Shown here piece after piece: positions 12,531 to 25,400 of a DNA stretch of 64,000 nt. The stretch spans positions 202,618,001 through 202,682,000 of the forward strand of contig NC_086097.1 of NCBI RefSeq assembly GCF_963921235.1, written 5' to 3'. The position numbers were made by a program, and so were the translations under genes. Positions within the stretch are counted from its first letter, which is position 1; every line of letters begins with the position of its first letter. The stretch is from Mobula hypostoma. Taxonomy: Eukaryota. Under the pieces are notes generated by a model. The model made no database searches. It was given only the letters and a program-made list of their open reading frames with translations, and had not been told where the DNA came from.

Positions 12531-13879
12531 CACCTTGACATTGTTTTCCCAACACAACATATCAGGAAGCTGCCTTTTCAGTGATATCACCCAACTAACC
12601 TTTCAGTAATTTACATGGATTCCTTCGTGCCATTAAGGTCTTGCATGCCTTTAATGTGCCAGGGCTGACAGCTAAGAATGGAGATAAACTTACCTGTGAC
12701 AGAGCAGATCAATACTTGCTGGTAAGGACATTAAGAATTCCTCTCAACTTTGACATGAGTGTCTTGACTCCATTCCCCAACAAACTGCCTGATGCTACTT
12801 GCTGTCACACTTGGATGTTGAAAGGTCATAAAGGCTATATACCCACTATGAAACAAGGTCTGTTAAAACTTTACCCTGTTGAAATTTAAAATAATACTTG
12901 GCCGAGAACGACCTAAATTTACCATTTTATCTTACATTGCTGAGAAAAAGAGGCACATCAGAGAATCTCAGACCATCATGCTATACACTAAGACAGGAGA
13001 GAAAGCTGACTGCAATCGTGAAGGAAATGTCATCACAATAGGCTCAAATCTAATGCAGACTGGTGTCATGCAATGCGTCAATGCTCTTGCTTGTTTTCTC
13101 AATATTTTTAACGCACAGTTATACCACATCTTCAATTTTCCTTTGTGAGTGGAGCTCATATAAAGGACAAAATGAAAGTAGTGCAACCTTCATTACCTAC
13201 ATTACAGAGCCAAGGTCATTTCAAACCAAATCATGGGACTGCAGTGAGGAGACATCAGTTAGATATGCACATATTTGTTGAACTCTAAATCACTATAACC
13301 ACATTCGCTAAAACCTGCAAGATGTTTATCTTTTGATAAACATCTTCAGAACAATGGACCTCTACCAACTTTCTGCCAGAGCAGAATGCTGTCCTTCATC
13401 AAAAAAAAAGGTGAAAAAACCTTGAAAATATGGACCAATTCTCAGGAAACACCTTCAAGGAAGGTACGTCTTTAATTCATTGGCTGTATAAAGAAACAAA
13501 CATCAGTGTTTGTTCCAAGCCTGACATTCTTGGCTTAAACATAACATCCCAAATGATTCATGGGAATTCTTGGCCGATGGCCTTTCAAATTAAAGAAGGA
13601 TTATTGAAGATGGCCTTGAAAATCTCAAATCCGTTTGTTAGGAGCCTTCAGATGCTTGGCGGAATGGAGAGAGCAACTCTTCCTAAATTACCCACCTACA
13701 AGATCGTCAAACACCACCTGCCCTCCATTTCTGTTTTGACTCCTTTCAACTCTATAACTTTCTATACTCTCCAATTCTGATCTTTTAAGGATTCCAAACT
13801 TCATCTATGCCACATTAGTTGCCCTGTTTCCAGCTGTTTCAGCCCTAAATTCTGGAAATTATTCCTTAAAACCTACCTG

Positions 13880-14815
13880 GTTTACTGATACCACCACTGT
13901 TATAGGCCAAATCAGTTGTGAGGGAATTTGAAAATATGGCTGAGTGGTGTCAAAGCAACAACCTTGTACTCAACATCAGCAAGACCAAGGAGCTGATTCT
14001 AGACTTTAGGAGAAGGAAATCAGACATCCATGAGCCAGTCCTCATCAGAGGTAGAGAGGGTAGCAACTTTAAATTCCAAGGTATTATTATTTCAGAGGAC
14101 CTCTTCTGGGCCCAGCACATCAGTGCAATATTGAAGAAGGTATGGTGGTGCTTCTATTTCCTTAGGAGTTTGTGGAGATTTGGCATGATATCAAGAACTT
14201 CATCAAACTTTTATAGATGTGTAGTGGAGAGTATACTGACTGGCTGCATCACAGTCTGGTATGGAAACACTCATGGCCTTGAATAGAAAATTCTGCAAAA
14301 ATTAGAGGATATGGCCCACTTCATCAGAAGTAAAGCCTTCCCAACAATTGAGCACATCTACGTGAAACACTGTCACAGGAAAGAAGCATCCATCATCAGG
14401 GATCCCCACCACCCAGGACATGCTCTCTTCTCGCTGCTGCTATCATGACGAATGTACAAGAGCTTTGGGACTCACACTGCCAGCTTCAGGAAATGTTACT
14501 ACCCCTCATTCATCAGGGGGTTAACTTCACTTGCCCCATTATTGAAATGTTCCCACAAACAATGGACTCACTTTCAAGGAGTGGTCATCTCATGTTCTCA
14601 AAACTTATTGCTTATTTATTTATTATTATTATTTCTTCTTTTTGTATTTGCACACTGTTGTCTTCTGCACTGTGGTTGAACACCCCAGTTGGCAGTTTTT
14701 CATTGATTCTGTTATGGTTATTATTCTACAGATTTATTGAATATGCCAACAAGAAAATTAACCTCAGGGTTGTATTTAGTGACATATATGTACTTTGATA
14801 AAATTTATTTTGAAA
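13880..14815 (+). mobile_element. REX1/Babar-like LINE 3' fragment
   Basis: ORF 13918-14286 reads EWCQSNNLVLNISKTKELILDFRR...FYRCVVESILTGCITVWYGN. The tail reads ctcagggttgtatttagtgacatatatgtactttgataaaattt. Confidence 0.85.
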
Positions 14816-15624
14816 CTAGATTTTCCCTACCTGGAAAACTCCATCATAAAATTCTGTATGATATTCCTAAGGAGTATTTTAGTAGTACTTTGACTATATA
14901 AATTTAAGTAATTATCTGTAAGGTTTGTTAAAAGCATTAATTATGAAAGTTGCAATACAATACTTCGAAAGTAGACATGAAACAGCTGGGGACAACTTGG
15001 AAAATGTGAAAGTGCCACAGCAAAAGGAAAAAAAAAAGTATGGTTACCTTAACTGTAAAGCAATGCTTTTTAAAAATACTTTTCCTTCCTTCACATTTCC
15101 CTTAAAAATCCCGTTAATAGCTTCATACTTAGCTCCTACCGTGGTCGACATTCTCATTCAATTCTTAAATCATGTAATTCAGTAGTAAAGCTTGAAAATT
15201 GTATTCTTAATAATGTTTTTCTTAATATATTTGGTATACCGTCAAGCTGGAGTTAAAAATTGGCCATCCTGGTGATTATATTAAATGATATTTAAGAAGT
15301 AAAAAGTAATAAATACAATACACTTTTAGGCAATCCAGCAGGAAAGACATTTCATGGGCCGAAGTGTATGGGTAACAAAACTTCCTGCAATGGCTTCGAT
15401 TTCTATTGTTCTCTGTGCAGCGGGGATTTTTGATTTGTGGAGTGGTAGGAGGAAGAACAAGACAAGATGTAGCCAATCCTACGGGACACTGTCTCGGTGT
15501 ACATTTTTAAAAAAATATTCCATTGAAGATCTTGGTGACTGACGAGCTCTTTTTTTTAAAGATTAACTTTATCACGTGTACATCTAAAAATCGAAATATA
15601 CATCGTTTGCATCAACATAGCACG

Positions 15625-15790
15625 CCCACAGCTTACTCACCCGGAGCAGTCTTTGGAAAGTGGGAGGAAGCAGCAGCGCCCGGAGGAAACCCACGTGGTC
15701 ATGGCAGGAACAGTGCCGGGAATTGAATCTCGTTATCTTGCATGGTTGGTAATGTGTTACACTCACTGTTGCGTGATTATGCCGACCCGA
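15625..15790 (-). mobile_element. V-SINE fragment
   Basis: Reverse complement of the V-domain: gtctttggaaagtgggaggaagcagcagcgcccggaggaaacccacg. Confidence 0.7.
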
Positions 15791-15944
15791 AGTACAGTAC
15801 ATTCATTATATATTCCAATTATTTAATGAAAGAAACTGATCTTGAATTTAATGCCCATGCAAGCAGATATATGAGGTGAACAGTAATGCCAGAGAGGCGA
15901 ATTATTTGCAAAACTTAGTGTAACTGATTAAAGGAAAAGACAAA

Positions 15945-16027
15945 TTCTGTGTATAACACATGGCCTCCAGTCCTGGCAACATCACAAAGATGTTGCCAGG
16001 ACTGGAGGCCATGAGTTATACACAGAA
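15945..16027. repeat. Near-perfect palindrome: 39-bp arms with 1 mismatch and a 5-nt loop
   Basis: ttctgtgtataacacatggcctccagtcctggcaacatc-acaaa-gatgttgccaggactggaggccatgagttatacacagaa. Confidence 0.95.
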
Positions 16028-16370
16028 CCTGGATAAGCTGAGATTTCCACCACCCCCGAGAAGAAGACGCTGGGGTATCTTATGGAGGCTTATTTCATCA
16101 TGAGTCGCAAAGATTAGGTGGATGGTCAGTTTTTCGAGGCATAGGTGAAAGGGGAAGGATTTAATGTCAACCTGAGGGGGCAAGCTTTTCACGCTTTTTG
16201 TTGGTTATAGGGCATGGACTGCCAGAAGGAATGAAAATTTTAAGGGGTTTAGGTAGGTGCATGAATAGGAACGGCTCAAGGGATATTGAGCCAAACACAG
16301 GCAAGTGGGTCTACCTCAGTCAGGATGGGCAAGTTGGGTGAAAGAATCTTTGCTGTATCGCTTTATGATA
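15989..16370 (+). mobile_element. Old CR1 3' fragment
   Basis: Begins with gatgttgccaggactggag (MLPGLE-like) and continues through degenerate CR1 3' sequence. Confidence 0.6.
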
Positions 16371-16959
16371 CAGTATTTATGAATTGTAGACATGTCATGG
16401 CATTCAGCTTAGTCTAATTCCGTTGATAAAGCTTTTGCGAAGAACCTTAGGAGGTTATTATGTTTAAAGGTCTAAATGATTGCCAACATTATTATACTAG
16501 TTCCAGATGGCCGCTTTGGGCAAAGGTATTTTCTCGCCATCTTATTATTGGGTTTTCATGACCACACCTTCCAATCATGTCCTCCACAATTAATGACAAC
16601 ATCCCATATCTTCTCGCATGTAAGGTCTCTTTCCTTAATAATGCTGTTTGGTATCACGATCAGGAGTTAATGGTTGAGTTTGATGTTGAACTTTGAAGAC
16701 GTTTGTCAATTCTTTTTAAGAACAGTGGCCGCTTTGTTAATCGGACATTGGTAACATTTTAATATGTAGAATAATGAGTTACGATTGTAGTGGAATAAAT
16801 GTGTGCCGCCTTTGTTTCTAATAGTTTGAAACTATTTGAGCGGAAAGTGATTGAATTCAAGCAGAAAGATGAATAAGGTACTTAGATAATAAAATCGTGT
16901 TTTTTAAAATAGTCAAACGGAAATTTATTGATTTGCCGATAACCCATGAACTGTTTGAC

Positions 16960-17834
16960 CTGCTGGATCGACCCAACGCTTTTTCTGGTTATCTTTGCAC
17001 ATGTTTGCTTAGGCATATTTGATTGCAGCGCGAGGAATAAAAGAATGAAGAAAAACATTGTATCTGCATATTAGGTCTAAAGCAAAGAGCCGGAAAGCTT
17101 CGCTGTCCTACGAGATACGAATGTCTGGTTCGAACCGGCTTTTTGAGGAATCGGAGATGTTCGGACCCGCAATGCCGGTGCAAGTGGCGATTTCTTACGT
17201 TTTTATATCAACATAAATTTTATTTACAATAAACAATTATTTACAGGAAGAAACCGTGTAATGTATTTTCATTCTTACAACAGGTGTTCGATTGCATTAA
17301 AATCAAAGGCTATATTGCCACTCAAGTGCCTCTCCCCGGGTGGTACACTGCTACAATAATATAGGGGCTTCCTCTCCCAACCGGGCATCTCACTGTTCAG
17401 GAGCGGAAGGAATTTAATGCTGTGGCCTTTCCCTACCGAGCCCTGAGAACGTACTCCTGCAGCATGGAGTGTGCCAATGTGCCATGTCCCTGGGTATAGC
17501 CCGTAGATCATAGAGTGCTCTGTCCTGCAGCTGCTCTTGATGAACATGAGACATACCCTTATACAGTATAATTCCCCGCAACCCCTCGCACTGAGCAGAG
17601 CGGAAGGGAAAGCGGGCGGCACGGACACACGGGAGCGCTCGGCGCCGCTGTCGAGCTGCTCTCCGATAGGCTGAGCTGTCGATCCTCCTCAGCAGAGCGG
17701 ACAATTTCGCGCAGTCGCAGTGTGGCCTTTCCTCTTGCTCCGCCTTAAAGTTCCGTGTCAACGTGGAGGCGAGAAAACCAAGTCTCTGCTTTAGGGCCTG
17801 AGTGGATTGAGCGATAATGGCCGGAGCCAGAAAG
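16960..17834 (+). promoter_or_regulatory. SPIDR: CpG-rich promoter / 5'UTR of SPIDR
   Basis: The only broad CpG-rich unique region in the window, densest at ~17570-17830. Contains an E2F-type TTTCGCGC at 17705-17712, ETS-like CGGAAG motifs and a GGGCGG box, directly upstream of the ATG at 17817. Confidence 0.8.
17817..17834 (+). CDS. SPIDR: SPIDR coding exon 1 (MAGARK)
   Basis: ataATGG is a good Kozak context and the exon ends AAG|gtacat at phase 0. It splices in frame to RKK..., like the short basic N-terminus of human SPIDR (recalled MPRGSRARGSKRKR). Confidence 0.75.
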
Positions 17835-18227
17835 GTACATGCTGCATACTGAGACAAGTGCACTATTATTATTTGCACTGCTGGAATTAGGACAGGATTG
17901 TGTATTTATGTGAACGCCATCCTATCCCCTAAAACCCTGACCCCACCATTCTCTCTTGTAGTCTGTTCCAACATTATTCATTTTCCCCTTCAGAACCTGT
18001 GCTACCATCCTCCCAAAGTGATTGAGTTAAAGCATGTCTGAAACACCAGAAGTTGAAAAAGTGAAAAAGTCTATAAATCAATATTAAGGTTATTGGATAT
18101 AAACTTACTGAAGTTAAAACCGGGAGCTATTCCAAGTACCCGTAACATATACCTCATTCATACAACAAACATCTGCTAAACTTGGTTGGTCACTTTCAGC
18201 TAAAGACTGATTAGTTTCCATATATTA

Positions 18228-18650
18228 CATAGAAACATAGAAACATAGAAAATAGGTGCAGGAGTAGGCCATTCGGCCCTTCGAGCCTGCACCGCCATTT
18301 ATTATGATCATAGCTGATCATCCAACTCAGAACCCCGCCACAGCCTTCCCTCCATACCCCCTGACCCCCGTAGCCACAAGGGCCATATCTAACTCCCTCT
18401 TAAATATAGCTAATGAACTGGCCTCAACTGTTTCCTGTGGCAGAGAATTCCACAGATTCACCACTCTCTGTGTGAAGAAGTTTTTCCTAATCTCGGTCCT
18501 AAAAGGCTTCCCCTTTATCCTCAAACTGTGACCCCTCGTTCTGGACTTCCCCAACATCGGGAACAATCTTCCTGCATCTAGCCTGTCCAATCCCTTTAGG
18601 ATTTTATACGTTTCAATCAGATCCCCCCTCAATCTTCTAAATTCCAACAA
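18228..18650 (-). mobile_element. Young CR1 3' fragment with (TTTCTATG)n tail
   Basis: ORF 18327-18683 reads LEFRRLRGDLIETYKILKGLDRLDAGRLFPMLG...; catagaaa repeats three times at the start. Confidence 0.92.
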
Positions 18651-20146
18651 GTCATCAGTATAAAAAGTCATTTTAATCAACAAATATTCCCACTTCTAAA
18701 GTGGCAAGATTATTGTTGAAGCTGTAACTGAATCAAAAATATGACCCTGTGGAATTTCTACAGTGAGGTTCTAGTCCCAGCTATAATTGTCCAGAATGTA
18801 TGATTTAAGCTGGTACAGCTTTGACATGATTTTGTTAGAGATGCACCTAATTCAAGGTAATGATGGTCGGAACCCTTAACATTTATTGTTTACAATACAT
18901 TTAACTTTGCTTGGCACTAAGTGGCTGAATGCTAGGATCTTGCAGTGGGCGGGGGGGGGGGCTAAGATGCTTAATCTTATTGGTGATTCATAATAAAGTG
19001 GTTGTGAGTGCTTCAGTCTTGCTTTTTACACTGATACATTGAAATCATTACCAAAGGAATTATCTTTCTTACTGGGCCCTTGAGTTTATGACAGTATATA
19101 TTTAAACAACTATTTGTTCTTTGTCCTTCAGAATTTATTGTGTTATTGCTGAAATTTTTGTATATTTTGAAATTTTTCTATTATTGGTGTGATGCATGTA
19201 TTTATGCCTTTTTTCACTTCACCAGGTTGGCTGTTAATTTTCAAAAACCCTTGTTGATCATGATAAACAATGATAGAATGGAATGATTGATTCGTAATGA
19301 TTGAGTGAGGCTGTGGTGTTGTAGGTTGAAGTGAAATAAATCTGCTGCCGCTGGATCATGGGTACTGGATGTATTCTGAACCATCCTATTTAAATCATGG
19401 TAGTGCAGTGACTGACCAATTGCTATGTCCTTTGTAATGTCAGAGGTTTGTCCCTTTAAGGACACAACTTTTAGGCTTCATGACAATATGCCACTGGACT
19501 AGTGAGCCTAAACAGAAAGTGCTGGGAAAACTCAGCAAGTAACATCTGTAGAAAGAGAAAAGGTCGACATTTCTGGGTGTGGGCAAGATGGCCAGTGACA
19601 AATGGTGACGTCCTGCAGAGAGTTCACAAAACTACTTTTTCTTCTCCTCCTTTAAAAAATACTTTTAATCTGTGTGCGATTAGAGCCTGTAATTTACATT
19701 CTGACAATGTATTTTTGGGCGGACTGAGTGATCTGGTGGCTTTGCTGTTTCTGAGAGAATTTGGCATGGTTGAGAGCAAGGTTGAGAACAGAGTGTGTTT
19801 AATTGTCGAGCACAAGCCCATAATCGGCACCAGTTCTCAGCCAACTCGCTGATTAAAGCGTCATGCGAGATCGAAATTGATGAGGACGAGAGTGGATGTC
19901 GAGTGGGTGTTCAGTGCCGTCTGCCTGCATTTCACCTGTCTCCCTTGACCTCTTGTTCACTGCTGTAGGAGGGGTCTTGGGTAAGGTTTGATCAGTATGG
20001 TTTGTGGATTAGACTAAATCTTAGTGGACTCTGCAGCTTATGTTATTACGTGTTTTTGGTTACTGGCAGTCAACAAAGGACACAACATTAAATTGAACTG
20101 AACTGAACTAAACAGAACATTCCTAGACTGTCTATGTTTCATATCC

Positions 20147-20691
20147 TATCTTGTGCTTCTCCGTATTCAGCACCATTTTAAAAAAAAGTGAAAAATTCTT
20201 TTTTAGAAAAAGATAGCATCACAAAGATGGCACCAAGACTGGGAATATTCAGGTAATAAGATATTTCTTTGCACTCCCTTATACAAAATATTTCATTGTA
20301 CTCTCACCAACCCTAAGGATTGGCAAAGGGTTACATACCAAAGATTCAAAGTATGTATACAGTATACAACCCTGAGATTTGTCTTCCTACAGACAGCCAT
20401 GAAACAACAAAACACAATGGGACCAATTGAAAGGTTCGTGACGTTATCATTCGTTTTTTTTGCCTTAGCATGATTTGTTCTTTGTTTGATGTGTTCTTTG
20501 TTTGATGTTTTCTTTGAATGGGTTCCATGGTGAGAGTACAGTGAAATATTTTGTATAGGGGAGTGCAATGAAATATCTTATTACCTGAATATTCCCAGTC
20601 TTGGTGCCATCTTTGTGATGCTACCTTTTTCTAAAAAGGAGGTTTTCACTTTTATTTTTAAATGGTGCTGAACACCGAGAAGCACAAGATA
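20147..20691. repeat. Long inverted repeat: arms 20147-20309 and 20528-20691
   Basis: The arms are reverse complements at roughly 90% identity by manual comparison, separated by a ~218-bp spacer containing LINE-tail pieces. Confidence 0.92.
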
Positions 20692-20699
20692 AAATAGGC

Positions 20700-21680
20700 T
20701 TTAGTCAGGGGTCTGTGTTGGGTCTGATTATTTTGGATTATGGAATTAATGACCTTGTTGCAAATTTTGCAGACGATGTGAAGATAGTTGGAGGGGCAGG
20801 TAGTTTTGAGGAAGCAGAGAGGCTACAGAAGGACAGATTAGGAGAGTGGGCAAAGAAATGGCAGATGGAATATAGTGTCAGGAAGTGTATGGTTATGCAC
20901 TTTGGTAGGACGAATGAAAGGGTGGACTATTTTCCAAATGGAGGGAAAATACAAAAAAACTGAGGGGAAAAGGGATTTGGGAGTCCTTGTGCAGGATTCC
21001 CTAAAGGATAATTTATAGGCTGAGTCTGTGGTGAGGAAGGCCAATGCGATGTTAAACTTTATTTCAAGAGGATTTGAATATAAAAGCAAGGATGTAATGT
21101 TAAGACTTTATAAAGTATTGGTGAGGCCTCACTTGGAGTATTGTGAGCAGTTTTGGGCCACTTATCTTGGAAAGGTTGTGCTGAAACTGGAGATGGTTCA
21201 AAGGAGATTCATAAAAAATGATTCCTGGATTGAATGGCTTGCCATGTGAAAAACGTTTGATGGCTCTGGGCTTGTATTCACTAGAATTCAGAAGAATGAG
21301 GGTGACCTAGTTGAAACCTATCGAATCGTTAAAGGGTGGATATGGAGAGAATGTTTCCTATGGTGGGAGAGTCTAAGACCAGAGGGGACAGCCTCAGAAT
21401 AGAGGGGTGTCCTTTCAGAATGGAGATGAGGAGTTTCCTTAGTCAGAGAGTGGTGAATCTGATCTGTGGAATTCTTTGCAACCAGCAGCTTTGAAGGCCA
21501 AGTCTTTATATTTAAGGCAGAGGTTGATACATTCTTGATTGTTTGGGGCATGAAGGGATACAGGGAGAAGGTAGGAGATTGGGGCTGAGAGAAAAATTGG
21601 ATCAGCCATGATGAAATGGCGGAGCAGACTCAATGGGCCAAATGGCCTAATTCTGCTGCTATATCTTGTGGTCTTGTGGT
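20700..21680 (+). mobile_element. 5'-truncated CR1 LINE (RT C-terminus and 3'UTR), frameshifted
   Basis: ORFs 20715-20963 (NFADDVKIVG) and 21028-21249 (RPHLEYCEQFW). Confidence 0.9.
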
Positions 21681-21744
21681 ATAAGTATTGATCTATCATT
21701 TGGAGGAGGGCAAGGCAATAGATGATAAACTGTATGTTTGAAAA

Positions 21745-22454
21745 GCAGAATCAGAACCAAGTTCTTTTTGTCATTGGCATATGTCTAGAAATTTGTTGTT
21801 TTGTGGCAGCAGTACAGTGCGCAATACTAAAATTCATAATAAAAGTAAATAAGCATTGCAACAGGAGTCAAAAAGTGAGGTAGTGTTCTTGGGTTCATGG
21901 ATGATTCAGAAATCTGATAGCAAAGGTTTAGGGTTATGGTGTGTCTGTTCCTAAAACACTGAATGTATGTCTTTAGGTTTTAGTACCTGTTTCTTGATGA
22001 TAGTAGTGAAAAGAGGGCATGTCCTGGATGGTGAGGGTCCTTCATGATGGATGCTGCCGCCTTGAGGCATCACCTTTTGAAAATGTCCTCAATGGTGGAG
22101 GAGCTAGTGCCCAGAATAGAACTGGCTGAGTTTACAACCCTCTGCAGCTTTTTCTGATCCTTACTAGACAAGTGAATCAACCAGACAGAATGCTGTCCAT
22201 GGTACGTCTTTACAAATTTGCAAGTGTTTTTGGTGACATACCAAATCATCTCAAATTCCTAATGAAATGTTGTCACTGGTATGTCTTCTTTGTTATTGCA
22301 TCAATATGTTGCGCCCAGGATAGATCTTCAGAGATATTTACTTGAAACTTGAAACTGCTTAGCCTTTCCACTGTTGACCTCTTGATGAGAACTGCTACAT
22401 GTTCTCCCAATTTCCTCTTTCTGAGGTTCATGATCAATTTCTCGGTCTTACTGA
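21745..22454 (-). mobile_element. REX1-like LINE 3' fragment, interrupted by the CR1 at 22455 and resuming at ~26095-26195
   Basis: cagaatcagaa tail; ORF 22273-22473 reads SKTEKLIMNLRK...ISEDLSWAQHIDAITKK. The motif tactgac occurs on both sides of the CR1. Confidence 0.8.
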
Positions 22455-25400
22455 CCATATAACCATATAACAATTACAGCACGGAAACAAACCATCTCAG
22501 CCCTTCTAGTCTGTGCCGAACTCTTACTCTCATCTAGTCCCACCGACCTGCACTCAGCCCATAACCCTCCATTCCTTTCCTGTTCATATAGCTGTCCAGT
22601 TTAACTTTAAACGACAACATTGAACCTGCCTCAACCACTTCTGCTGGAAGCTCGTTCCACACAGCCACCACTCTCTGAGTAAAGAAGTTCCCCTCATGTT
22701 ACCCCTAAACTTTTGCCCTTTAACTCTCAACTCATGTCCTCTTGTTTGAATCTCCCCCCCAATGGAAAAAGCCTATCCATGTCAACTCTTATCTATCCCC
22801 CTCATAATTTTAAATACCTTTATCAAGTCCCCCCTCAACCTTCTACGTTCCAAAGAATAAAGACCCAACTTGTTCAACCTTTCTCTGTAACTTAGGTGAT
22901 GAAACCCAGGTAACATTCTAGTAAACCTTCTCTGTACTCTTTCTATCTTGTTGGCATCTTTCCTATAATTCAGTGACCAGAACTGTGCACAGTACTCCAA
23001 ATTTGGCCTCATCGATGCCTTGTACAATTTCAGCATTACATCCCAACTCCTATACTCAATTCTCTGATTTTTAAAGGCCAGCATACCAAAAGCTTTCTTC
23101 TTTCCTATCCACATGAGATTCCACCTTCAGGGAACTATGCACCATTATTCCGAGATCCCTCTGTTCTACTGCATTCTTCAATGCCCTACCATTTACCATG
23201 TATGTCCTATTTTGATTAGACCTACCAAAATATAGCACCTCACATTTACCAGCATTAAACTCCATCTGCGATCTTTCAGCCCACTCTTCTAACCGGCCTA
23301 AATCTCTCTGCAAGCTTTGAAAACCTACTTCATGATCCACAACTCCACCTATCTTAGTATCTTGCATACTTACTCATCCAATTTACCACCCCATCATCCA
23401 GATCATTAATGTATGTGACAAATAACATTGGACCCAGTACAGATCCCTGAGGCACACCACTAGTCACCGGCCTCCAGTCTGACAAACAGTTTTCCACCAT
23501 CACTCTCTGGTGTCTCCCATCCAGCTGCTACTGAATCCATTTTACTACTTCAATATTAATACCTAACGATTGAACCTTCCTGACCAACCTTCCGTGTGGG
23601 ACCTTGTCAAAGGCCTTACTGAAGTCCATATAGACAGCATCTACCGCTTTACCCTCGTCAACCTTCCTAGTAACCTCATCAAAACATTCAATAAGATTTG
23701 TCAAACATGACCTTCCACACACAAATCCATGTTGACTGTTCCTAATCAGACCCTGTCTATCCAGATAATTATATATACCATCTCTAAGAATATTTTCCAT
23801 CAATTTACCCACCACTGATGTCAAACTCACAGGCCGATAGTTGCTAGGTTTACTCTTAGAACCCTTTTTAAACAATGGAGCAACATGAGCAATACGCCAA
23901 TCCTCCAGCACCATTCCCGTTTCTAATGACATTTGAAGTATTTCTGTCAGAGCCCCTGCTATTTCCACACTAACTTCCCTCAATGTCCTAGGGAATATCC
24001 TGTCAGGATGCGGAGACTTATCCACTTTTATATTCCTTATAAGCTCCAGTACTACTACTACTTTAATCATCGTAGTTTCCATAACTTCCCTACCCATTTC
24101 CCGTATCTTACACAATTCAATATCCTTCTCTTTAGTGAATACCGAAGAAAAGAAATTGTTAAGAATCTCTCCCATATCTTTTGGCTCCACACATAGCCGT
24201 CCACTCTGATTCTCTAAGGGACCAATTTTATCCCTTACTATCCTTTTGCTATTAATATACTGTAGAAACCCTTTGGATTTATTTTCACCTTACTTGCCAA
24301 AGCAGCTTCACATCTTCTTTTAGCTTTTCTCATTTCTTTAAGATTCTTTTTACATTCTTTATATTCCTTGAGCACCTCATTTACTCCAAGCTGCCTATAT
24401 TTATTGTAGATCTCTCTCTTTTCCGACCATTTCCAATGTCCCTTGAAAACTATGGCTCTCTCAAACTTTTAACCTTTCCTTTCAATCTAACAGGAACATA
24501 AGGATTCTGTGCTCTCAAAATTTCACCTTTAAATGACCTGCATTTCTCTATTACATCCTTCCCATAAAACAAATTTTCCCAATCCACTCCTTCTAAATCC
24601 TTTCGAATCTCCTCAATCTTCTTCCAATCAAAAATCTCAACCCTGGGTCCAGATCTGTCCTTCTCCATAATTATATTGAAACTAATAGCATTGTGATCAC
24701 TGGACCTGAAGTGCTCCCCAACACTAACCTCCATCACCTGACCTATCTCATTCCCTAACAGGAGATCCGACACTGCCCCTTCTCTAGTTGATACCTCTAT
24801 GTATTGCTGCAAAAAACTACCTTGCACACATTTTACAAACTCCAAACCATCTGGCCCTTTTACAGTATGGTCTTCCCAGTCTATGTGTGGAAAATTAAAA
24901 TCTCCCACAATCACAACCTTGTGCCTACTACTAATATCTGCTATTTCCTTACAAATTTGCTCCTCCAATTCTCGCTTCCCATTTGGTGGTCTATAATACA
25001 CCCCCATAAGTTACTGCACCTTTCCCATTCCTCAATTCCACCCAAATAGCCTCCCTAGATGAGCCCTTTAATCTATCCTGCCAGAGCACTGCTGTAATAT
25101 TTTCTCTGACAAGCAATGCAGCCCCTCCCCTTCTTGTCCCTCCGATTCTATCACACCTGAAGCAATTAAATCTAGGAGTATTTAGTTGCCAATCACACCC
25201 CTCCTGTAACCATGTTTCACTAATAGCTACAACATCATACTTCCAGGTATCAATCCATGCTTTAAGCTCATCCACCTTTCTTACAATGCTCCTCGCATTA
25301 AAATAAATGCATTTAAGAAATTTTTCACCTCCTACTCTCTGTTTATCACTAAATGTGCGAACAATTTTACTATTTTCTTTTTCTTCCTTCTTCCCTACAT

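Noticed and set aside
12418..12609. ORF with LSLSLS repeats
   Set aside because: Translation of the (CT)n/(CA)n microsatellite.
17275..17878. Minus-strand ORFs (117 and 154 aa) as a divergent gene at the SPIDR promoter
   Set aside because: No recognisable motifs; long ORFs arise by chance in GC-rich CpG islands. Antisense non-coding transcription is not excluded.
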